Source: Fimbriimonadia bacterium (GTDB lineage Bacteria > Armatimonadota > Fimbriimonadia > Fimbriimonadales > JABRVX01). Taken from it: a stretch of DNA of 64,000 bases. Position 1 is the first letter of the stretch; each line of letters opens with the position of its first letter. The stretch is from the NCBI GenBank assembly GCA_041483895.1, contig JBGPGO010000002.1:32001-96000 (forward strand). Reading direction: 5' to 3'. A program made the position numbers and the translations under genes. Below, one piece after another: positions 20,081-29,241 of the stretch. The notes under the pieces were generated by a model. It was not told the origin of the DNA and did no database searches. It worked only from the letters and a program-made list of their open reading frames with translations.

Positions 20081-21838
20081 ATGAGTATCAGCACAGATTC
20101 TACAAAAGCCGAGCAATTCGTAATGGCAGCGACGGTTACCGAAGTGGAAACCGAGGGGACGAAGGTTGTGCATGTTGATGGTCACACGATCGCGCTGATA
20201 CATCACAACGGGCAGATCTACGCGATCGACAATCGGTGCCCGCATATGGGCTTCCCGCTCGATCGCGGCTCCGTTCAGGATTGCGTTCTAACTTGCCACT
20301 GGCATCATGCACGCTTCGATCTCGCTAGCGGCGGAACGTTTGACCAGTTCGCCGGCGATGTTCGCGTGTTCCCTGTCGAGGTCCGCAAAGGTGACGTGTG
20401 GCTGGACCTCGCGCCTCGTAGGGATCAAAGCGCTTACCAGCGCGAGCGTCTCCAAGTCGGACTTGAGCGAGACATCCCTCTGGTCATCGGCAAAGCCGTG
20501 CTGATGTTGATTGACACTGGCGAAGATGCGGTCGAACCGTTCCGCATTGGCCTTGACTTCGGGGCACGCTACCGCTCCGCAGGATGGGGGCAGGGACTAA
20601 CGATTCACACTTGCATGATGAACCTGCTGCCGCACCTTGATGCCGACGATCGGCCCCTGGGGCTCTACCACGGTCTTTCAGCGATCACCCGCGAAACCAC
20701 CGGATCGCCGCCTCGTTTTGCAATTCGCCCCCTGCCGGACACGACGGCCGACATAGATACGTTCAAGCGCTGGTTTCGGCGTTTTGTCGAAGTGCGCGAC
20801 GCGGAAGGCGCGGAACGGTGCATCGTATCCGCCGTGCGTGCGGGATCCGGTTCTGTGCAGATGGCGGACATGCTGTTCGCGGCGGCAACGGACCACCGCT
20901 ACATCCAGATCGGACACGTGGCGGATTTCACGAACAAGGCGTTTGAGGCGCTTGATTGGGCCGGTTGGGAACACGCGGAGATTGTGCTGAGCAGCTTGGG
21001 CTCCGCCTACGCTAGGGCCGATCGGATGGAAGAGTCTAACGCATGGCGTCACCCAATCGATTTGATCGAAATCTTGGAAGAAGCGTTTGATGCGCTTCCT
21101 GTCGCCCTTGAAAATGGTCGCGAGAGGAGAGGAAGCTGGTCGGGCCTTGAGTCGAAGATCCCCGTGTTGCTGGGCGATGATCCACAGGTCATTGCCGACT
21201 CATTGTTGGAGGCGGTCCGCCAAGGAGCGACGGAGGATGACCTTGCCAGAACCGTAGCATACGCTGCCGCGCTTCGAATCGCGCGATTTCACATCAGCAA
21301 CGAATTCAGCGATTGGGACACAGCGCTGCACACGTTCACGTTCGCGAACGCGATCCATCAGGGTCTGCTGCGGAACCCTTCTCCCGAGCTGCTGCGAGGT
21401 GTGTTCGACGCGGCGATGAGCGTTTATCTCGACCGATTTCTTAACGTGCCACCGAGCCGCCTGCCGGAGCCGGATGATACCGTCGCAAAGCCCGAGGCGC
21501 TTTTGGACGAGCTTGCCGCGCTCCTGGATCGACATCAACAGGTGGATCACGCGGGCAAATTGGTCGCACAATATCTTAACAGCAATGGCGGGCTGAACCG
21601 GCTACTCGCAAAGCTTGGGAATCTACTATTAAGAGAGGATCGCAACTTCCACACAATTCAGATGGTTGAAGCGGCAATGCGGCAGTACCAAATGCACCGC
21701 GGCGCATCACAGGGGACCAATATATTGGTGGCTGCAGCCCGGTACCTTGCCGCGCATTCGCCTACAGTGCGCGCGCAGGGTCAGACCTATCGGATCGCGT
21801 CGCGGCTTCATCGCGGTGAGCATATTTATGAAGAGTGA
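20081..21838 (+). CDS. Rieske [2Fe-2S] domain protein with long helical C-terminal region
   Basis: NRCPHMG and TCHWHHARFDL Rieske motifs; RBS GAGGTG. Confidence 0.88.
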   Translation: MSISTDSTKAEQFVMAATVTEVETEGTKVVHVDGHTIALIHHNGQIYAIDNRCPHMGFPLDRGSVQDCVLTCHWHHARFDLASGGTFDQFAGDVRVFPVEVRKGDVWLDLAPRRDQSAYQRERLQVGLERDIPLVIGKAVLMLIDTGEDAVEPFRIGLDFGARYRSAGWGQGLTIHTCMMNLLPHLDADDRPLGLYHGLSAITRETTGSPPRFAIRPLPDTTADIDTFKRWFRRFVEVRDAEGAERCIVSAVRAGSGSVQMADMLFAAATDHRYIQIGHVADFTNKAFEALDWAGWEHAEIVLSSLGSAYARADRMEESNAWRHPIDLIEILEEAFDALPVALENGRERRGSWSGLESKIPVLLGDDPQVIADSLLEAVRQGATEDDLARTVAYAAALRIARFHISNEFSDWDTALHTFTFANAIHQGLLRNPSPELLRGVFDAAMSVYLDRFLNVPPSRLPEPDDTVAKPEALLDELAALLDRHQQVDHAGKLVAQYLNSNGGLNRLLAKLGNLLLREDRNFHTIQMVEAAMRQYQMHRGASQGTNILVAAARYLAAHSPTVRAQGQTYRIASRLHRGEHIYEE

Positions 21839-21858
21839 TAAGTCAATGGAGGTCCTAG

Positions 21859-22737
21859 ATGCCGCTCATTGACTATGGCGACGGTCTTGTCATCGATGCG
21901 CGAGACGGAATGACGGTCCTGGAGGCGTCGATTCAGCACGGGATCTCCCACATCCACGCCTGTGGAGGCAATGCTCGCTGCACGACTTGTCGGTTGAACG
22001 TCTTGGAGGGTCACGAGAATTGCCCTCCTATGAGCGAGGCCGAGCGCAAGGTCCTTGCCCTTACTGGTTACGAGCATCCGGTGCGGTTAGCGTGTCAGTT
22101 GCGACCGACTGGACCGATCAAGATTTGCTGTCTCCTCAAGGACTACCCAAAGAGCGACGCGACGCCGGAGGGCATGGCGAGGGAGCGCGACGTGGCCGTG
22201 CTTATGGCCGACATCCGGAACTTCACTTCCTTTGCCGAGCGCAATCTAGCGTTTGACGTTTTGCATCTGCTCAACCGCTATTTTGATCGCGTCGGGACCA
22301 TCGTCGAGGACAATCGAGGCAGGGTGATCACGTTTCTGGGTGACGGCGCAGTGTGCCTTTTCGAAGACCTGGATTCTGCGCGTGCCGCCGAAAGCGCGGT
22401 GCGAAGCGGCCTGGAAATTATCCGAGCAAGTGAAGTTTTCGGCCGCTATACCCAAGAGAGTTTTGCGTTCGAAATGAAGGTGGGAGTTGGGATCGCTTGG
22501 GGCCGAGCGGTGATCGGTCGACTTGGCTACTACAATCGATCTGATCTAAACGTTGTTGGGGACGTAGTGAACACTGCGAGCCGAGTACAAGATGTGACTC
22601 GCGACGTGGGTGTCTCACTTCTCGTATCGGAGCCGATCCGCGAGCTCATCGGATCGCGTTTCACTTTCGGCCAGGTGTTCACCGTCGGGCTGAAGGGGAA
22701 AGAGCTTCTTCACGACCTCCATGAAGTGCTGCCATAG
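21859..22737 (+). CDS. 2Fe-2S ferredoxin-class III nucleotide cyclase fusion
   Basis: CGGNARCTTC...RLACQ ferredoxin; ADIRNFT, FLGDG, GDVVNTASRVQ cyclase motifs. Confidence 0.9.
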   Translation: MPLIDYGDGLVIDARDGMTVLEASIQHGISHIHACGGNARCTTCRLNVLEGHENCPPMSEAERKVLALTGYEHPVRLACQLRPTGPIKICCLLKDYPKSDATPEGMARERDVAVLMADIRNFTSFAERNLAFDVLHLLNRYFDRVGTIVEDNRGRVITFLGDGAVCLFEDLDSARAAESAVRSGLEIIRASEVFGRYTQESFAFEMKVGVGIAWGRAVIGRLGYYNRSDLNVVGDVVNTASRVQDVTRDVGVSLLVSEPIRELIGSRFTFGQVFTVGLKGKELLHDLHEVLP

Positions 22738-22935
22738 CCTGCGACAATGCTATCGATAAAGGTTCTTTTCGACACCTAATCCGCCAGAGCAATTGTTCAT
22801 CCCGCTTCGCATCGGCTCGTTCAGAGTCCCAACAATCCGAATCGGCGATCAGCCTGGCGGAGTGGGGGCGATTCGAGGCTGGGCAGTAACTACGTGTTAT
22901 ACTGACTGGTAGCATCTCGTGCTAAAAGGAATTCT

Positions 22936-24696
22936 ATGAACCGCGCTATCATCTTCCTCGCCGCTGTCGCGGCCCTCGTCGCATCCGCCACCGGGCAGAC
23001 GGCCTTTACCTATCAAGGTCAACTCATGCAAAGCGGCCTCCCTGTCAGCGGGAATGTCAACCTTATCTTTACTCTCTACGATGACCCGTCTCTGACCGTC
23101 AATCATCAGATCGGCAATCCGATAACCCTGAACAACCAGCCACTCTTGAATGGGCTGTTCACCGTTCCGCTGGACTTTGGCGCGAATGCGTTCCCCAGCG
23201 CGCGCAGGTGGGTGCAGGTGAGCGTCAATGGCGTTATTCTGTCTCCCCGTCAAGAAGTCACGCCAACTCCATACGCTCTTGGCCTTCGGCTGCCGTATGT
23301 GGGCAACGCCAGCGTGGACGGCAACGCCTTCTCCGTCACCAACAGTTTCAGCAGTGGCACCGCGCTTTATGGGCATAACCTGGATAATGGCATCGGTGTC
23401 TTTGGAGAAAGTCCCAATGGCAACGGCGTCTATGGCCAGAGCGGTAGCGGCTTCGGCGTCTACGGCCTGGCGCTCTCCGGGACAACCAAGGCAGGGATCC
23501 GGGGCATATCCACAGCTCCCTCCGGCATGGGAGTTTGGGGCTCTAGCGGTGGAGGCATAGGAGGAATCGGCGTCTTTGGCGAGAGCGATATTGGGACCGG
23601 CGTCGAGGGCTGTGCGACTGGATCCGGCTTTGGTGTATATGCAAGCAGCGACACCGGCTACGGTGTATATGCAGGCAGCGACACTGGCACCGGAGTCTTT
23701 GGTCTGAGCAACACTGGCTACGGAATCCAGGGCGCCAGCAACGCAGCGGCGAACTACGCAGGAGTCTACGGTCAAGCCCTCGGTACCGACAGCAATGGTG
23801 TTTTGGGCGAGGCCAACAACGGCGTGGGCGTCTACGGCCAGGCCACGACCGGCACTGGTGTCTTCGGATGGAGTAAGACAAGTGGTATTGGTGTCGAAGC
23901 AGTAAGCGCCAGCGGCCTCGGTATCGATGGCTACAGCAGCAGCAATTACGGAATCCGTGGGATTTTCGCCAACGGTAGCAATCTCAACGTCAGCATTTTC
24001 GCTAAATCTGCCGTCTGGGGCGATTCCGGCACCGGTAACGGAGTCATGGGAACAAGTAGCATGGCGACCGCGGCGGGTGTCGTTGGCTGGTCGCCGATTA
24101 GCATCGGTGTCTATGGCTACACTACCAACGGGAACGCGATCTACGGCGCACGTACCGGAACCGGTTGGGCAGGCTATTTCCAAGGACCACTGTATGCGCA
24201 AAGCGCGAGCGCGAGCATCAAGGCGTTCCGCATCGACCACCCTGTGGATCCAGAGAACAAGTATCTTCAACATTCCAGCGTCGAAAGCCCGGACATGAAG
24301 AACGTCTACGATGGAAATATAGTTTTGGGTAACAACGGCGAAGCGTGGGTGGAGCTGCCCACCTACTTCGAGGCCCTCAATCGCGACTTTCGGTATCAGT
24401 TAACATGTATCGGGCAGCCGGCGCTCGTATATATCAAGCAAGAGATTTCCGGTAATCGATTCCTGATCGCGGGCGGCAAGAAGGGCATGAAGGTCTCTTG
24501 GCAGGTGACCGGCATTCGGCAGGACCCCGCCGCCAATCTGTATCGCATCGAGGTCGAGCCGAACAAGGCCGACAAAGATCGCGGCAAGTTTTTGGTTCCG
24601 GAAGCCTACGGCCAACCAAAAGAGAGCGGGATCAACCCTCCACCGAATTCTCAGGAGACTGCGACGACAGCGCCTGGGAATCCGAGGAAGCGATAA
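22936..24696 (+). CDS. Secreted Gly-rich repeat (GxGVYG) fibre-like protein
   Basis: Signal peptide, AFTYQGQL, many G-[VI]-x-G repeats, C-terminal FRIDHPVDPENKYLQHSSVESP. Confidence 0.8.
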   Translation: MNRAIIFLAAVAALVASATGQTAFTYQGQLMQSGLPVSGNVNLIFTLYDDPSLTVNHQIGNPITLNNQPLLNGLFTVPLDFGANAFPSARRWVQVSVNGVILSPRQEVTPTPYALGLRLPYVGNASVDGNAFSVTNSFSSGTALYGHNLDNGIGVFGESPNGNGVYGQSGSGFGVYGLALSGTTKAGIRGISTAPSGMGVWGSSGGGIGGIGVFGESDIGTGVEGCATGSGFGVYASSDTGYGVYAGSDTGTGVFGLSNTGYGIQGASNAAANYAGVYGQALGTDSNGVLGEANNGVGVYGQATTGTGVFGWSKTSGIGVEAVSASGLGIDGYSSSNYGIRGIFANGSNLNVSIFAKSAVWGDSGTGNGVMGTSSMATAAGVVGWSPISIGVYGYTTNGNAIYGARTGTGWAGYFQGPLYAQSASASIKAFRIDHPVDPENKYLQHSSVESPDMKNVYDGNIVLGNNGEAWVELPTYFEALNRDFRYQLTCIGQPALVYIKQEISGNRFLIAGGKKGMKVSWQVTGIRQDPAANLYRIEVEPNKADKDRGKFLVPEAYGQPKESGINPPPNSQETATTAPGNPRKR

Positions 24697-24759
24697 CTCT
24701 TAGATCCTTGGCCCACGTGGGATTGGTATCGATAATGGACATTTACGATAGCAAGACAA

Positions 24760-27700
24760 TCACTTGCCGGTTAGTCGTTTTGCGGCTCTAACATATAGCT
24801 CAAGGATGAGACCGTCCACCCTGGCTATCGGACCTTCAACGGTAAAGGATCCAACCTCGTGCGATCCGTCGAACGGATATTTGTCCAGAAACGCCTTGAT
24901 GGTGATATGTTTGCCCGAGACCTGATAGCGCCCCGCAAGGCGATATGTCCCGGGAGCGGTGGTCGTCTCCCAATAGGCGATCGGGCTGTCGGAGCCCCGC
25001 GTGGTTCGCTCCCACAAGACGGCCTCCATCTTCTCGGTCAGGCGCTGCGGATCGCCAGGTCGGCCTGTTAGTTGGAAGTCCGGCTTGACAAGCGCGGGCC
25101 GCGGAAGGGTGAGGCGAATGCTTGATCGGTCCTCCTCGGCCAGCACACCAATTGGGAAGTCTTGTCCCTTCTCCTCAAACACCTGTGGCTGTTGCACGCA
25201 ATGGATCTCGCCGGCGATTTTGGGAACCTCACTCTGAGCGTATGCGAACAGGGCCCCAACGCTGACGCGGTCGCCGCGAAGCGCGGCTCCGCTCTTCATG
25301 CCCTGCAAGAGACTGTACGTGAGGAGGCCTTGGTTGAACCGGGATGCCTCGTAGCTGGATCGGTCTTTCGAGCATCCAAGCAATACGTGAAAACCCGTCG
25401 AATTCTGCAACTCCGCCAGAGCGCGGATTAACTCCGTAGGCCTGTCGCGCGGAGCCGTGATATCGACCGCCGCTCCGGCCCCGCAGGTGTCCAGGATGAT
25501 GGCCCTCTTGTTGGCAGGCACCTCTTTCACCCATTCCCACAGGTCCTCATCGGTGATGGCAGTGGCTTCGCGAACGGCAGGAATCGATAGATCGGATCCC
25601 GTCGCTTCCATCGTCAGGTACGCGTAAATGTCGAGGGGTCCCTTCTTGTATGTAACCCCATGACCGGCAAGGTAGACAAGCAGCACGTCGCCCGGCTTTG
25701 CCTTCCTCGCCGATTCGAACGCCTGACGAATGCTGTTCCTGGTCGGGGGCTGGGCGGTCACATGAAACTGCTGGAATGAGGCCCGCTGCTTGGCATCCGG
25801 CGCGCAATCGGTAAGCAGGCTGAGGTGGGTTCTCTCCACTCCGAATGGCCTCTTCGCGCCGATCAGCAGCGCCTGAGCGTAGTCCGCCGCGTCCTTTCCC
25901 GAAAAGCGCAGGCGCAAGGACGGCGAGGCGTAGTCGCAAGTACCCACCACGATTGCATAAAGCTCCGTCGGCGCCGATTCCATTGGATTGGATGGTGGGG
26001 CCACCGCCTTGACACCGCGGCTGACGAGGTATCCTTCTTTGTTCTCCACCTTCACTTCGATCACATTCTCTTGATCGTTATAGAAATGGCTTCGGTATGA
26101 AGTTAGATCGATATTCAGTAAGGCGTCGTTGGCATCCGGATTGACCCGCGGTCCTCGTGCGTCCGCCTCCATCATGGTGCCGTTGACAAAGATGTGTACT
26201 TTGCCGATCCCCCCACCCTGGTTCGTGAGAGATATGCGAGCGTTGGAGTTGCCGTCGGTTAGCTGGACGGTCACGGCCGGATAGAGCTTTAAGTCACAGT
26301 TTTTGCACGGAACCGGAGGCAGCTTCTCGTGCTTCGATATTTTGGAGAGCAGACCGGGAAGGAAATAGTAACGGCGTAACTGGTCAAGCTCGACGGGCTC
26401 CATACCGATCACCCAGTGAAGACCATCGACACGCCCGTTATTGCTGCCGTCATATCGGCCTTCGAGGTCCACAACTGCCCACGTTCCGTCGGTGAAACTG
26501 ACCGACTTGCAGAGTTCCTTGCCGCTTGCGGCGTCCCATAGACGGGCCGTTTTGTCGTAGCTCGCCGTGAGCACCTGCCTCCCGTTGGGTGAGAACACTG
26601 CCGAACTGACCCCGTTTGTATGCCCTTCGAATCGCCGCACCTCCTTCCCCGTTTCGACATCCCAGAGACGGGCCGTTTTGTCCCGACTCGCCGTCAACAC
26701 GTGCCTACCGTCGGGCGAGAACACTGCCGAGTAGATCGCATCTGTATGTCCATCAAATCGCCTCACCACCTTCCCCGTCTCTGCATCCCATAGACGGGCT
26801 ATGTTGTCTCCGTCGAAACTCGCTGTGAGAACGCGGCTACCATCGCGCGAGAACACTGCCGAGGTGACTTGACTTGCGGGTCCCTCGAACCGTCGCACTT
26901 CCTTACCTGTCTTAGCATCCCATAGACGGGCCGTTCTGTCTCCACTTGCCGTGAGCACGTGCCTGCCGTCGGGCGAGAACACCGCCGAGAAGACCCAGAG
27001 TGTGTGCCCTACGAACCGCCGCACCTCCTTACCTGATTCAACATCCCAGAGGCGCGCTGTTTTGTCGTAGCTCGCCGTGAGCACGCGCCTACCATCGGGC
27101 GAGAACACCGCCGATTCGACTTGACTTGCGTGTCCTTCGAACCGCCGCACCTCCTTGCCAGTTTCGGCATCCCATAGACGGGCCGTATTGTCGTAACTTG
27201 CCGTGAGCACGTGCTTGCCGTCGGGCGAGAAGATTGCCGAGTGGACCCTATCTGTGTGCCCCTCGAACCGCCGCACCTCCTTCCCCGTCCTGATATCCCA
27301 TAAGCGAGCGGTCTTATCCCCCGCCGCCAGCATATACCGGCCATCCGATGAGAACACGGCTGAGTTGACTTGACTTGCATGCCCTTCGAACTGCCGCAGC
27401 TCCTTGGCTGTTTCGGCATCCCATAGACGGGCTGTGTTGTCCCAACTCGCGGTCAGCACGTGCCTACCGTCGCGCGAGAACACCGCCGAGTTGACCATAT
27501 CTGTGTGCCCTTCGAACCGCCGCAGCTCCTTTCCTGTTTCGGAATCCCATAGACGGGCCGTTCTGTCATGGCTCGCGGTCAGCACGTGCTTACCGTTGGG
27601 CGAGAAGACCGCCGACTTGACCCGATCCTTGTGCCCTTCGAATCGCCGCAGCTCCTTCCCTGTTTCGGTATCCCACAGACGGGCCGTCTTGTCGGTGCTA

Positions 27701-28350
27701 GCCGTCAGTACGTATTTTCCGTCGGGCGAGAACACTGCCGACTGGACCAAATCTGTGTGCCCTTGGAATCGCCGCAGCTCCTTACCCGTCTCTGCATCCC
27801 ATAGACATGCCGTATTGTCGTAACTCGCCGTGAGCACGTACTTACTGTCAGGTGAGAATACGGCTGAGTTGACCAAATCTGTGTGCCCTTCGAACCGCCG
27901 CAACTCCTTTCCTGTTTCGGCATCCCAGAGGCGCGCTGTCTTGTCTTCGCTCGCCGTGAGCACGTACCTACCGTCCGGCGAGAACACAGCCGAGTAGACC
28001 CAGCTTGTGTGCCCTTCGAACCGCCGCACTTCCTTACCCGTCTCTGCATCCCATAGACGGGCCGTTTTGTCACCACTCGCCGTAAGCACGCGCTTGGAGT
28101 CGCGCGAGAACACTGCCGAGCTGACCCCACCTGTATGTCCTTCGAGCCGCCGCACTTCCTTACCCGTCTCTGCATCCCACAGACATGCCGTCTGGTCTTG
28201 GCTCGCGGTCAGCACGTATCTTCCGTCGGGTGAGAACACGGCAGTGTTTACGCCTATGTGACCTGTCTGCACTACTAATCGCGGCACATCTGTCTGGGCT
28301 AAGGCCGACGCTGCCGCGAAGCCGAGCAGCAGCAGCGCGAGTTGCTTCAT
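24760..28350 (-). CDS. Secreted WD40-repeat (14 repeats) + caspase (C14) domain protein
   Basis: Signal peptide MKQLALLLLGFAAASALA; 14 x GH..V.SAVFSPDG..VLTAS.D.TARLWD; YLAGHG and ILDTCGAG dyad. Confidence 0.92.
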   Translation of the reverse strand: MKQLALLLLGFAAASALAQTDVPRLVVQTGHIGVNTAVFSPDGRYVLTASQDQTACLWDAETGKEVRRLEGHTGGVSSAVFSRDSKRVLTASGDKTARLWDAETGKEVRRFEGHTSWVYSAVFSPDGRYVLTASEDKTARLWDAETGKELRRFEGHTDLVNSAVFSPDSKYVLTASYDNTACLWDAETGKELRRFQGHTDLVQSAVFSPDGKYVLTASTDKTARLWDTETGKELRRFEGHKDRVKSAVFSPNGKHVLTASHDRTARLWDSETGKELRRFEGHTDMVNSAVFSRDGRHVLTASWDNTARLWDAETAKELRQFEGHASQVNSAVFSSDGRYMLAAGDKTARLWDIRTGKEVRRFEGHTDRVHSAIFSPDGKHVLTASYDNTARLWDAETGKEVRRFEGHASQVESAVFSPDGRRVLTASYDKTARLWDVESGKEVRRFVGHTLWVFSAVFSPDGRHVLTASGDRTARLWDAKTGKEVRRFEGPASQVTSAVFSRDGSRVLTASFDGDNIARLWDAETGKVVRRFDGHTDAIYSAVFSPDGRHVLTASRDKTARLWDVETGKEVRRFEGHTNGVSSAVFSPNGRQVLTASYDKTARLWDAASGKELCKSVSFTDGTWAVVDLEGRYDGSNNGRVDGLHWVIGMEPVELDQLRRYYFLPGLLSKISKHEKLPPVPCKNCDLKLYPAVTVQLTDGNSNARISLTNQGGGIGKVHIFVNGTMMEADARGPRVNPDANDALLNIDLTSYRSHFYNDQENVIEVKVENKEGYLVSRGVKAVAPPSNPMESAPTELYAIVVGTCDYASPSLRLRFSGKDAADYAQALLIGAKRPFGVERTHLSLLTDCAPDAKQRASFQQFHVTAQPPTRNSIRQAFESARKAKPGDVLLVYLAGHGVTYKKGPLDIYAYLTMEATGSDLSIPAVREATAITDEDLWEWVKEVPANKRAIILDTCGAGAAVDITAPRDRPTELIRALAELQNSTGFHVLLGCSKDRSSYEASRFNQGLLTYSLLQGMKSGAALRGDRVSVGALFAYAQSEVPKIAGEIHCVQQPQVFEEKGQDFPIGVLAEEDRSSIRLTLPRPALVKPDFQLTGRPGDPQRLTEKMEAVLWERTTRGSDSPIAYWETTTAPGTYRLAGRYQVSGKHITIKAFLDKYPFDGSHEVGSFTVEGPIARVDGLILELYVRAAKRLTGK

Positions 28351-28829
28351 CGGTGCCTCCACGCTTTGCCAAACCATTTGTCCAACTCGTAAACGATTCC
28401 ATGCGTGACCCTTCACATCGTTCCTCCTCTTTAATAACCGAACGTCATCGACCGGAAGTAGCAGGATTGTGGCTTCTTCATCAGATTGCCGCCGGACCCT
28501 TCCCCCGCACGCCCTGCAATCGCTTCGGCCCCTCGACGATGCCGACCAACGTGAGGTGAGCATCAAAGAAGTACCCGAAGTGAACCACTGTACCCTATCA
28601 TACTTGTTGCGCCGTTCCGGGCATGCGTCTGCTTTCCGGCATACCCATGTAGGGGAAATACTCACTGGTTGGAGTCGGTCAGAGGGAAGGAGGTCACACA
28701 TAGGGAGGATATCGCGACTTTAGTCCGCATTAGGAGCAAATAGCCATGCGGTCCTTTTTTCCGAACCATCGATAATGCCGCCCGGGTTCGGTGCGCCGGT
28801 GAACCTCTCACCCAAGGGACCTGGGCGAT

Positions 28830-29075
28830 CTATGCTAGCTCAGATAAAAGCCTTGTCGCCCGTCCCTGCAGGTCCTCCCGGGCGTCATCATAGATCATCA
28901 GCGTCGCAAGCTTGGAATGGCGGCTGAACTTCTGTGCCCCACGCACGTCGCCGTTTGTGGCGTGCAGGTAGGCAGTGATGCTCGTTTGCCTCAACTTGTG
29001 AGGGCTGAAGTTCTGGATCCCGGCCATGATACGGAGGAAGCGTTTTTGAACAAACCGCTCGGTTCGCGTTTTCAA
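28830..29075 (-). pseudogene. C-terminal fragment of tyrosine recombinase/integrase
   Basis: SPHKLRQTSIT...AQKFSRHSKLATLMIY (H-x-x-R, H, Y); N-terminal part missing; abuts tRNA 3' end. Confidence 0.85.
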
Positions 29076-29081
29076 GAGGAT

Positions 29082-29157
29082 TGGTACACCCGCAGGGACT
29101 CGAACCCTGGACCCACTGATTAAGAGTCAGTTGCTCTACCAACTGAGCTACGGGTGC
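29082..29157 (-). tRNA. tRNA-Lys(CTT), CCA encoded
   Basis: GCACCCGTAGCTCAGTTGGTAGAGCAACTGACT-CTT-AATCAGTGGGTCCAGGGTTCGAGTCCCTGCGGGTGTACCA, 76 nt. Confidence 0.97.
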
Positions 29158-29241
29158 ACCGTGGAGGCCGATTATGGCCCGAGGGAGCGTGGCCCGTCAA
29201 GGCCGGCAGGACCCCGTAGGCCGCAGTGGAAGGGTATTCCC

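Noticed and set aside
22897..24273. Long antisense ORFs (also 55254-56810, 62-679, 55870-56778)
   Set aside because: Shadow frames of well-supported genes in GC-rich DNA with no motifs.
26510..28270. CRISPR array or DGR variable region
   Set aside because: Repeats are in-frame WD40 coding units; there are no unique spacers, no reverse transcriptase and no template repeat seen.
28351..28701. N-terminal extension of the WD40-caspase ORF
   Set aside because: The signal peptide and GGAGG RBS point to ATG 28350; the upstream frame looks non-coding.
19000..29082. Duplicated tRNA-Lys 3' end as att site
   Set aside because: No second copy found by eye within the window.
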